From contig CAVOXA010000014.1 of assembly GCA_963700285.1 (NCBI GenBank), positions 864,001 to 928,000 on the forward strand: DNA of 64,000 bases, read 5' to 3'. Under the pieces are notes generated by a model, which saw only the letters and a program-made list of their open reading frames with translations, did not search any database and had not been told where the DNA came from. Source of the stretch: an uncultured Chloroflexia bacterium (GTDB taxonomy: Bacteria > Chloroflexota > Anaerolineae > JAAYZQ01). The position numbers and the translations under genes are program-made. This document shows, one piece after another, positions 48,296-57,050 of the stretch. Position 1 is the stretch's first letter. Every line of letters starts with the position of its first letter.

Positions 48296-48333
48296 ATAGC
48301 CACCACTCCCTACTCCAGTACACGCCCCAAGTT

Positions 48334-48363
48334 TAGGGGCGACCAGCAACTGGTCGCCCCTAC
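48334..48363 (-). repeat. GTAG-type REP-like palindrome between the SBP and permease genes
   Basis: Perfect 13-bp stem TAGGGGCGACCAG-caa-CTGGTCGCCCCTA. The minus strand reads GTAGGGGCGACC. Confidence 0.7.
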
Positions 48364-48503
48364 CAGCACTCTGTCAGACTGACTGCGATGTGTATGCTCC
48401 AGGATCGCTGGGATACCGATGGACTGTATTCACCGAGGATCACGCCTTCTCAGTGATTTCAGCACGTTCGGGGCCCCTGCGATCCCGGAGTTGTCTGCCC
48501 GGA

Positions 48504-50198
48504 CTACTCCTCAAGGGACCACTGCCATGCCGTGGCAAAGACCTCAGTTCCAAAGAGCGCGTTCTCTGGCACACCCTTGACCTTGGCGCTGAACATATTG
48601 TACCAGTCGTCGATCTGCAGGTACAGCACCGGGACATCTTCCACAAAGATCTCCTGGATCTCGTCGTAGATGGGCTTGCGCTGCTCCGGATCGGCGATCT
48701 GGACCCCCTGCTCGATCAGCTCATCCATCCTTGGGTTGCTGTAGCAGGTAAAGTTGTTGCCGCCGTCGCTGTGGAGCGTCGCGAAAGGATCTGGATCGAT
48801 GTCACCATAGGTCCAGTTAAAGAGAGAGGCATCCATCGTGCATTCGCGCATCCCCTCCAGGATGGAGGCGACAGGCGCTTCCTCGATCTCCACTTCGACA
48901 CCCACCTTGGCCAGGTATTGCTGCGCGACCTCGGCTATCGGTCGGCGGGCCTGGTCGCCGGTGATCACAGTGATGGTGAAGGACAGCCTGACCCCATCCT
49001 TCTCGCGGATGCCGTCGCCATCCTCGTCCACCCACCCAGCCTCGTCCAGAAGGGCGTTGGCCGCATCCGGGTCGTAGGGGTACTGCTTGAGGTTCTCGTT
49101 GTAGTAGAAGTCGAACTTGGGGGACAGGTTCGAGTGGGCGACCTTGGCCGCGCCGCTCCAGATGTCATCGATGATCTGCTGGCGGTCGAGGGCCATCAAC
49201 ATGGCCTGGCGCACCTCTTTCTCTGCAAGCTGTGGCAGGCTGGTGTTGAGCGGGAAGTGCTTGATCGACCCACCGGGTGTCACAACGGCATTATAGGCGG
49301 GATCCTGGGCCAGGCGCAGGTTGTCCTCCGTCAGCAGTGGCCAGACGGCCACATGCGCGTCGCCCGTTTCGAGGGCAATGGTGCGCACCGATGGCTCGGG
49401 CACAATGTCCTCGCGGAGTTCGTCGAGAATGGGTCGGCCGCGGAAGTGATCGTCGAAAGCCTCCAGCAACGTGAACTCGGCCGGCCGCCACTCCTTGAGC
49501 TTGAAGGGACCCGTACCGATGGGGGCCGTCTTGTAGGTGTCCTCACCCACCTCCTGGTGGTACGCGGACTGAACAATGCGGGTCGTGGCCCCGTTCACCA
49601 AAAAGGCCGCATTCACCTCGTCCATATTGACGACCACCGTATAGTCGTCCGGCGTGTCAATGCTCCCGACGCCCAGAAAATTGCCGATGATCGAGGACGC
49701 GTTCTCGGGGTCACGGTAAAAGTCGTACGTGTACTTGACGTCTTTGGCCGTGAATTCGGTGCCGTCGTGGAACTTGACCCCCTCACGCAACTTGAAGGTA
49801 TAGGTCAGGCCATCGTCCGAGAGCTCGTACGATTCGGCCAGAACCGGCTGGAGCTCTCCCCACGGGTCCAGCTCCAGCAACGCATTGTGGATGTTGATGA
49901 TCATCACATAGTGCACGTCCGGCCCGGCGTCGTCAGGGCTCAGACCAGCAACTTCCTGATGGCCCATGAGGACGACCGTGCCGCCCTGGCCAGGTTCCTC
50001 GGCCTTGGGTGCTTCGGTCGGCTCAGGGGCTGGCGCTTCGGTCGGCTCGGGAGCGGCAGCCTCTTTCGTCGGCTCAGCAGCCGCCGGTGCAGCCGTGGCC
50101 TCGGCGGGCGCTGGGGTTGCCTGGGGTGCGCAGGCCCCCAGCACAAGGATGGCTATGATCAGCATGGAAAGAACGATTGACCCTCTTCTGTGACTCAT
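48504..50198 (-). CDS. Family 5 (OppA/DppA-like) ABC substrate-binding lipoprotein
   Basis: Lipobox LGAC, PAPEPTEA linker, LREGVKFHDG, IGTGPFKL and YDPD.A..LLDEAGW. Confidence 0.94.
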   Translation of the reverse strand: MSHRRGSIVLSMLIIAILVLGACAPQATPAPAEATAAPAAAEPTKEAAAPEPTEAPAPEPTEAPKAEEPGQGGTVVLMGHQEVAGLSPDDAGPDVHYVMIINIHNALLELDPWGELQPVLAESYELSDDGLTYTFKLREGVKFHDGTEFTAKDVKYTYDFYRDPENASSIIGNFLGVGSIDTPDDYTVVVNMDEVNAAFLVNGATTRIVQSAYHQEVGEDTYKTAPIGTGPFKLKEWRPAEFTLLEAFDDHFRGRPILDELREDIVPEPSVRTIALETGDAHVAVWPLLTEDNLRLAQDPAYNAVVTPGGSIKHFPLNTSLPQLAEKEVRQAMLMALDRQQIIDDIWSGAAKVAHSNLSPKFDFYYNENLKQYPYDPDAANALLDEAGWVDEDGDGIREKDGVRLSFTITVITGDQARRPIAEVAQQYLAKVGVEVEIEEAPVASILEGMRECTMDASLFNWTYGDIDPDPFATLHSDGGNNFTCYSNPRMDELIEQGVQIADPEQRKPIYDEIQEIFVEDVPVLYLQIDDWYNMFSAKVKGVPENALFGTEVFATAWQWSLEE

Positions 50199-50726
50199 TT
50201 CTTCCTCCTTTTCCTTTCTCTCTGGAAGGGGGCAGCACAACGAACCTGTTGGGCGCTGCATGGCCTCATGACATGGACTAGGAATCCTTCGATAGGCACC
50301 TCCTCATGAAAAGGTAGTTGGCTGGCGCAGACACAGTGTGGGAGAGCCATGGCCTGAACCAGACCTTGGTGCTGTGCGCCCGTACCCGGCCAACGAGGGC
50401 ATTTGGCAACTGGACATTACTCATGAGGGTCTGATCATCCACCACGATAGGGCTCGTCCTTTGCCATCCGCACTTTGATAGGACAAAGGAACCTCGATAA
50501 TCGCGTACAGTTGCAGGAACCCAAGGTGCATCCCGAAATCAGGTCTTGGCTCGGCTGGCTTAAAGGCGAAGGTCAATCATTGTTGCTGGATGCCCAGCTT
50601 TGATCTAGCTGACGGAGGTCATTGGTGAACGTGTGTAGCGCGACGATACGGAACGACGGCACGCGGCCCTTGGCTAGGCGCTGCCCCAATGCTTTCTGCT
50701 GCAACCAAGTTCGTACCAGTGGAGAG

Positions 50727-50755
50727 AGTATAGCATACACGCTGGAGAATGTCAA
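50727..50755 (-). promoter_or_regulatory. Near-consensus sigma70 promoter facing the first Opp operon
   Basis: Minus TTGACA-17 bp-TATACT with an extended TG, about 520 nt upstream of the SBP start. Confidence 0.7.
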
Positions 50756-50933
50756 CTCTGTGATTTGAAGGCTGATCTTCCCTGATGACAGGGAAGTCTT
50801 TGAAGAGCGCCTTGGGGCTTTGATCGCACTGTTTGGGTGAAGGATCTTCAGACACTCGGATGGCATTGTAGATGTTGCGCAGCCTATGGAAAAGGCAGCG
50901 TGAGTGCTGTGGGTCAAACTCAGATTCCAACCT

Positions 50934-50963
50934 TTGACGAGTCTGTGGTGCCTGTAGTATAAT
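50934..50963 (+). promoter_or_regulatory. Promoter of murF-alr
   Basis: TTGACG-18 bp-TATAAT. Confidence 0.6.
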
Positions 50964-51003
50964 CACACCTACGGCAATAGTTCAAACAGAGCAAGGAGCG
51001 CCT

Positions 51004-53610
51004 TTGATCTACTTGGCCGATCTCTTGGCATCTACGGGCGGGTCCGTTCATGGCCATGTCTTCTCTAACCAATTCAGCGATTTTTGCTATGATACCCGCC
51101 TGCTGAATCCAGGCGAACTCTTTCTGGCTGTAGTCACCGACAAGGGCGATGGTCACGACTATATCCCGGAAGCGGCGCGTCTGGGGGCAAAGGGCGTACT
51201 CTGCGAACGGCCCTACGATCTGGAATCGTACGGCTGCACGTGCGTGTTGGTCGACAATACCAGCACGGCGTTACTCGATTGGGCACGTTATATTCTGCGC
51301 AAACTAGGTCCCCGTGTCGTAGGCATCACCGGCTCCACAGGAAAGACAACAACAAAGGAACTGATGGCAGCGGTTTTGTCGCAACGCTATGAGACCTTTC
51401 GAAATTATGGAAACTACAACAACCACCACGGGCTGCCCATCGCCCTGGGAAGGCTGAATCAGGAACACAAAGTCGCTGTGCTGGAGATGGCCTGCGATGG
51501 CGTGGACCAAATTCGCGAGCTGGCGGCCTTGGCTCGCCCGACCATCGGGGTGGTTACTTCTGTGAACGAGACACACCTGGCCTACCTGGGCTCCCTGAAG
51601 GCAATTGCGCTCGAAAAGGGTAGGCTCGTGGAAGCCCTGCCGCCCCAGAAGCAGGGTGGGACGGCAGTCCTCAACTATGACGATCCGCGAGTACGGGCCA
51701 TGGGCTCACGTACACAAGCTCAGGTTGTGACCTATGGACTGGACCCCAGTGCAGATCTGGTTGCCGGAGGCATAGAAGCTGGACCTCAAGGCCTGTCGTT
51801 CACCGTTTTTGTCAGGGATTTCTTTCCCACCCCAGGGTTGCGCAGCCGGCGGAAGCTCAGGGTCAAGCTGCCGCTGCTAGGCTCGCACAATGTCTACGCT
51901 GCTCTGGCAGCCATCGCGGTAGGCTTGATCCTTGATGTCCCGCTAGAGGAGGCGTTGGAAGCAATGGTCAGCCTGCATTCGCTGCCGGGGCGCATCAACC
52001 CCCTGGCCGGCGCCAGCGGAACGCTGATCCTGGACGACACTTTTAGTGCCAGTCCTGCCTCGACCCTAGCCGCACTGGATACCTTGCATCTTTTTGACAG
52101 AGGTCGCCGCTTCGCCATCCTGGGTGATCTGCTTGAGCTGGGAGGTTACAGCGCTCAAGCCTACCGCAGCATAGGCCAGCGCGTCGCCGAGGTGTCCAGT
52201 TTTCTCGTGGCCCAAGGCGACAGCGCCGCCCACATTGCCGAGGCGGCCCAGGCATCCGGTCTACCGGCAGACCGGACACTGGTCACCTACACGGCACAGG
52301 ACACCATCCGGGGAGTAGCCAGCCGGCTTTGCCCGGGCGACACGGTTCTGGTCAAGGGCGCGGTGGAAGCGCGAATGGAACAGGTAGTCGCCGGCCTCCT
52401 GGCCGATCCTTCCGAGGCATCCCGCGTATTGGTCCGCCAGACAGCCGGTTGGCAGAAAGTCCGTTTGCTCCAACCCGGCCGGCCTACCTGGCTGGAGGTC
52501 GATTTGGAAGCCATTGCCCACAACGTCCGGCGTGTAGCCGATATGACCGGACCAGACGTGGCGATCCTGGCCATCCTCAAGGCCGATGGCTATGGCCACG
52601 GCATGCTGCGCGTTGCACGCACGGCCCTGAACAACGGCGCGTACTACCTGGGCGTGGCCAGCATCAATGAAGGCGTCTTGCTTCGCCAGAAGGGCATCAC
52701 AGCGCCGATCTTGGTTCTGGGTTTTACGCCAGCCTGGCAAGCCCGGGACCTGGTACTCAATGGCCTGACCGCCACCGTCTTTGATCTGGACGTGGCCAAA
52801 GCCCTAAGCCGCGCTGCCCACGAGCTGAACGGCCAGGTACGGGTCCACGTCAAAGTGGATACCGGAATGGGCCGGCTGGGGTTGCTGCCTGACCAGGTTC
52901 TGTCCTTGGCCCAGGAACTGCTAGCGCTCCCTCACCTGCTGGTTGAGGGGATTTTCACCCATTTTTCCGTAGCCGACAGTGACCACGACTATACACGCTG
53001 GCAACTTCAGCGATTCCGACAGGTCGTGGAGGCGCTTGTGGAGCAGGGTATCGAGATCCCCTTGGTCCACGCCGCCAACTCGGCGGCCATCCTTTCCCTA
53101 CCAGAGAGCCACTGTCGGAATTGGTTCCCAGGCAGGGGATTCGGCGGCATGGTCCGGCTGGGCATCGCCATGTACGGATTGCATCCCTCGGAACAGGTAC
53201 CCTGCCCCCCCGATTTCCGACCAGCCCTGGCTTTCAAGACGCAGGTGGCGCAGGTCAAGACGCTTCCGCCGGGAAGCTTTGTCAGCTATGGTAATACCTA
53301 CCAAACCGAGGGCAAGCAGCGCATCGCCGTCATTCCCGTGGGCTATGCCGACGGCTTTCGCCGGACGCCGCGCCACTGGGGGAAAGTACTGGTCGGAGGG
53401 CAGCAGGCGACCATCGTGGGCCGGGTGTGTATGGATCAAACCATGATCGACGTGACCGATATTCCCGGCGTGCGCCAAGGCGACGAGGTGGTCCTCATTG
53501 GGGAGCAGGGATCGGAGCGAATCACGGCCGAGCAGGTTGCCCAACGATTGGGTACCATCAACTATGAGGTGGTCAGTGAAATCCTGGCCCGGGTACCTCG
53601 CGTGGTATAG
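51004..53610 (+). CDS. murF-alr: Bifunctional MurF (D-Ala-D-Ala adding enzyme) / alanine racemase fusion
   Basis: MurF motifs DGHDY, GITGSTGKTTTKE, ILGD..ELG and LVKG. Alr motifs KADGYGHG, KVDTGMGRLG, SYG, GYADG, GRVCMDQ and TINYE. Confidence 0.93.
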   Translation: MIYLADLLASTGGSVHGHVFSNQFSDFCYDTRLLNPGELFLAVVTDKGDGHDYIPEAARLGAKGVLCERPYDLESYGCTCVLVDNTSTALLDWARYILRKLGPRVVGITGSTGKTTTKELMAAVLSQRYETFRNYGNYNNHHGLPIALGRLNQEHKVAVLEMACDGVDQIRELAALARPTIGVVTSVNETHLAYLGSLKAIALEKGRLVEALPPQKQGGTAVLNYDDPRVRAMGSRTQAQVVTYGLDPSADLVAGGIEAGPQGLSFTVFVRDFFPTPGLRSRRKLRVKLPLLGSHNVYAALAAIAVGLILDVPLEEALEAMVSLHSLPGRINPLAGASGTLILDDTFSASPASTLAALDTLHLFDRGRRFAILGDLLELGGYSAQAYRSIGQRVAEVSSFLVAQGDSAAHIAEAAQASGLPADRTLVTYTAQDTIRGVASRLCPGDTVLVKGAVEARMEQVVAGLLADPSEASRVLVRQTAGWQKVRLLQPGRPTWLEVDLEAIAHNVRRVADMTGPDVAILAILKADGYGHGMLRVARTALNNGAYYLGVASINEGVLLRQKGITAPILVLGFTPAWQARDLVLNGLTATVFDLDVAKALSRAAHELNGQVRVHVKVDTGMGRLGLLPDQVLSLAQELLALPHLLVEGIFTHFSVADSDHDYTRWQLQRFRQVVEALVEQGIEIPLVHAANSAAILSLPESHCRNWFPGRGFGGMVRLGIAMYGLHPSEQVPCPPDFRPALAFKTQVAQVKTLPPGSFVSYGNTYQTEGKQRIAVIPVGYADGFRRTPRHWGKVLVGGQQATIVGRVCMDQTMIDVTDIPGVRQGDEVVLIGEQGSERITAEQVAQRLGTINYEVVSEILARVPRVV

Positions 53611-53662
53611 CCCTGGCCAACAGGCGCCTATCACTTCCCAGAGATAGAATCCGCGCCCTGGC

Positions 53663-54574
53663 TCATACCTCGTCCGGCGGAAACAGATCGCACATCGTTC
53701 CCAGCGTCGCCCCAACCGCTTGCAAGTCTACACCTTCGCACAGTGAGAGTACAGAATCGAGGATAAGCCTCAAGTTCACCGTAGCAAAGTGCACAGGGTC
53801 CAGGTAATCCTGGTCGTTGTGCGTATCCAGGACCAGGGTACCATATTTCGCAGCGTCTGCACGCGTTCGCTCCACCACGTGCTCCACGACTTCCCGGTGA
53901 TTGTACGGCGCCGGGACGTAGGGCCATTCAAAGCCCTGTTCTCCGGCAGCACCGGTCTGCACCGGCCTTTGATAGTCGACCGATACCGGCACCTCAATGA
54001 AGCTGCTCGTGCCCGCAAGCTGCCGAAAATCAAGATTGGCTCGGTGTGGATAGGGCTCGGCCCCCGCCCACACGCTGCAGTGCTCTGGCAGAACCCGGCC
54101 GGGATTGGACAGGCTGCCGCCCCTAAAACCCAGATCCCGTAGAACACGGAAAGTATTGTCGTTGCCAGAAAAATAGCCCGCTCTGAAATAGAGCGGCCTC
54201 TGGCCGAGGGCACGCTCCCAAACCTCCACAGCAGAGGACAGCATCTCTCGTTGCTCCTGGTCCGAATAGGCACCCAGGTCTTCCAAGTAGCCTCTGCCGA
54301 CAAACTTGTAAGGATGCAGATGCAGGCCCAGGCAGTGTCCCCTCCCCTGCAGATCCAGCAGTAGATCGCGATTTCCTACCGCAACCTCGGGATGGGCGAG
54401 CAGGGTCAAAGGTAGCCCATAGGCCTCCGCGATGGCCGCGTAGCCCTGGATCGCTCGCTCGCTCTCCTCATAGTCCTGGGGGCCACTTGCCGACATCCTG
54501 GTGCCGTGGGGCGTTACCTCGTGCTTGGCAGTTTCGCAGTCCATGGTCAGCAGCACATATAGATTGGTGGTCAT
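53663..54574 (-). CDS. Polysaccharide deacetylase (CE4/NodB-like) family protein
   Basis: LTMDCE, GLHLHP, FRAGYF and EVPV motifs. Confidence 0.72.
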   Translation of the reverse strand: MTTNLYVLLTMDCETAKHEVTPHGTRMSASGPQDYEESERAIQGYAAIAEAYGLPLTLLAHPEVAVGNRDLLLDLQGRGHCLGLHLHPYKFVGRGYLEDLGAYSDQEQREMLSSAVEVWERALGQRPLYFRAGYFSGNDNTFRVLRDLGFRGGSLSNPGRVLPEHCSVWAGAEPYPHRANLDFRQLAGTSSFIEVPVSVDYQRPVQTGAAGEQGFEWPYVPAPYNHREVVEHVVERTRADAAKYGTLVLDTHNDQDYLDPVHFATVNLRLILDSVLSLCEGVDLQAVGATLGTMCDLFPPDEV

Positions 54575-54602
54575 CGTCTGCCCGCGCCCCTCTTCCCACG
54601 TC

Positions 54603-55897
54603 CTAATCCTGCTCGCGCCGGAGAACTGGCACAGTCTCACCGCCATGGGTCAGGACAACGATGCCTGCCTCCGCCCCCTGTCGCTCCAGCGCTCTCTGCA
54701 GTGCCTCCTCAAGGCTGCCGGCGCGGTCAAAGCCCAACACGCCTACCTCGTGCTCCGAGAGTCCATCGGATACCACGGTCACCCAGGCCAGTTCGTTACA
54801 ACAGGCCGCGATATTGCTGACCGTCAGGGCCGCATAGTCCTGGATCCCCAGCCGGCGCGTTTCATGCCACAGGCGACGCGAGGGGATGCCGGCCAGTGCT
54901 TCCAGGGTAGCTACGTGCTCTTGCTGGCCCGACAGTCCCTCCGGACATGGCGTAAGCAGAATGATATCGCCGCCCCGCTTGACGATCTTTTCCGCCGAGT
55001 AGAGGGCCTTGTTCGCCTGCCAGAAATCGATATCGGCCGGGTAGGAGCTCACCAGCACAATGTCGGCAAGACTGGGGACAGGGACCTCCCAAATAGGGCG
55101 AGCCAGTTCCACACCACGCCGGTGCGCCGCCCGGCTTTCACCAGCTACCACGTGGGCCACAGCAGCGTGCCGGTCCAGGACACAATTCACCACCCCCGTC
55201 AGATTGGTCTGCTTTGCTACCGCCTCCAGCTCAGCCCGCACGGGGTTCTCCAATATCCCCATATTCGAGGTGGGTGAGCGCGCCGCCAACAGATGGGTAA
55301 AGTAGGTTGTCTCTTTCCCGCAAATGCCGGGCTGGACGATCTTGCCCCCCCCGGACCACCCGGCCAGATTGTGAGGTACGATGTTGCCGATACCCACGCA
55401 CATATCCGCCTGTTGGATCAGCCGGTTCACTTTGATCGGTGTCCCGTTGGGGGTGACACCCAGGTCAACCAGGGCGCTTGGATCATCCCAATGGTGATTG
55501 AGGATCGGGTAGGCAGCGGCAATCTCGTGGCCGACCCGGGTATTGATCTCTTCCCGGGTCATCTTGCGGTGAGTTCCCAGGGCGATCAAGATGGTCACCT
55601 CGATCCCTCTTTGTTCAACCTCCAGTTCCTCCAACAGCACAGGCAGGATCTCGTCGACGGGGGTTGGTCTGGTGATGTCGTCAATCAAAAGAAGGATGCG
55701 CCCTACCCCTTTGAGCAGCGCGGAGAACGGGGGGCATTGATCGGAGCCCTCAGCGCCTCACGCACCTGGGTGGCCACATCAGCCGCCTGAGGCACTTCCT
55801 TGGGATTTGCCACTCCGAGCAGATTGTCGCTGGGCACCCCAATTTCGACAGAGCCTCTGCCGTAGGGCAGAGGGACCTTTGTGATTTGTTCAGACAG
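54603..55897 (-). CDS. LarA-family nickel-pincer-dependent racemase/epimerase (frameshift at about 55730; probable CTG start)
   Basis: N-part LPYG...EAL..PI joins DDITRPTP, ALGTHR, NHHW and PHNLAGWSGGGK...PG if one C is added to the C6 run at 55729-55734. Confidence 0.85.
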
Positions 55898-55899
55898 TT

Positions 55900-56628
55900 T
55901 CAGTTCTCCTTTTCCAGTTGCGGCTGAACTTCGCCCCGTACCTGAGCGAGATGGCAGAGCATTGTTTCTCTAGCCTGTTCAGCGTGATCGGGGCCAGCCT
56001 TGACGTGCTCAAGCAACTGCCAGTGGTAGGTCTGTCCTCTCTTCATGGCCCCGGGCGTCCGCTGCGCCAAGCCCATGACATCCTGTAGCAGATCAATGAT
56101 CGGGTGGATCAGGATCACCAACAGTTCGTTTCCCGTGGCTTCGGCCAGGGCCGAATGGAAAGCCAAGTCAGCCGGTATATACTCGGTAGGATCGTCCAGG
56201 GCCAGGTCCATTCTGTGCAGCGCACCTTCAATCTCTCTGATATTCTCAGGTGAGGCATTGCGCGCTGCGATGGCAGCAATGTCGGGCTCCAATGCCTCCC
56301 GGACCTGCAGGAGATCGCGGATGGCCCAATCGCTGCGCTCGGCCGACAGTTGGAGGGGGATTCTCAGAGCGTCCTTTCCCGGATCGGCTACGAACGTACC
56401 CACACCATGCCTGACCTCAACGACGCCCCAGGCGTCCAGGAGTTTGATGGCTTCACGTGCAGCGGTCCGGCTGACCTTTAGGTAGCCAGTGAGTTCATCC
56501 ATAGGCGGCAGGCGGTCACCCGCCTCCAGTTGGCGGTGCGCAATGAGATCTCTGATCTGATCAGCCACTTGCTCAGACAGAGTCCCCTTGCCTGCTCCCA
56601 CTGGCTGGTATAGGGTCGACTTGTCCAT
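55900..56628 (-). CDS. FadR-subfamily GntR transcriptional regulator
   Basis: GDRLP, VSR...REA and HGVGTFV wHTH motifs, then FCD domain VREALE and D.AFH. Confidence 0.92.
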   Translation of the reverse strand: MDKSTLYQPVGAGKGTLSEQVADQIRDLIAHRQLEAGDRLPPMDELTGYLKVSRTAAREAIKLLDAWGVVEVRHGVGTFVADPGKDALRIPLQLSAERSDWAIRDLLQVREALEPDIAAIAARNASPENIREIEGALHRMDLALDDPTEYIPADLAFHSALAEATGNELLVILIHPIIDLLQDVMGLAQRTPGAMKRGQTYHWQLLEHVKAGPDHAEQARETMLCHLAQVRGEVQPQLEKEN

Positions 56629-56690
56629 AGATGGTCTCCTAAATCCTATCCATTTCTTTCTATTGCAGACCCAACGAGCGATCAGGATAC

Positions 56691-56778
56691 TTGACAGGGG
56701 ATGAGACTTGTGATAGAATAGATATGACCTCATACCTCATACGTCTACAAGTATAGCAGGGACTGCTAGATTTGTCAA
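56691..56778. promoter_or_regulatory. Face-to-face promoter pair with a central direct repeat (candidate FadR operator)
   Basis: Plus TTGACA(56691)-17-TAGAAT(56714). Minus TTGACA(56778)-17-TATACT(56755). ACCTCAT ACCTCAT ACGTC lies between them. Confidence 0.7.
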
Positions 56779-57050
56779 GTAGATTGAGCATAGTCTTGGA
56801 GCGAGGGGACAGGATGTCTCGAGGTTATTGGTAAGCGCGCTGGACGTCGACGGCCATCATTGGGCTCATCTACAGTGAGCCTTTGTGGCCCGAGCGACTG
56901 CAGCGCGTTTGTTGTTTTTCGGAAGGGAGGTGGTTGAGCAGCCAGAACGGGCACATGGTGGGCAGGGCTCCAAGTCCTGCTGGCGGGTTGCTGGACCCGC
57001 GGTCACTGGTTTACCGGTCGAGCCATCAGTCTTATAGAAGGGAGAAGAAA

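Noticed and set aside
48390-50180. 596-aa plus-strand ORF
   Set aside because: Antisense shadow of the SBP gene, explained by codon bias; no recognisable motifs.
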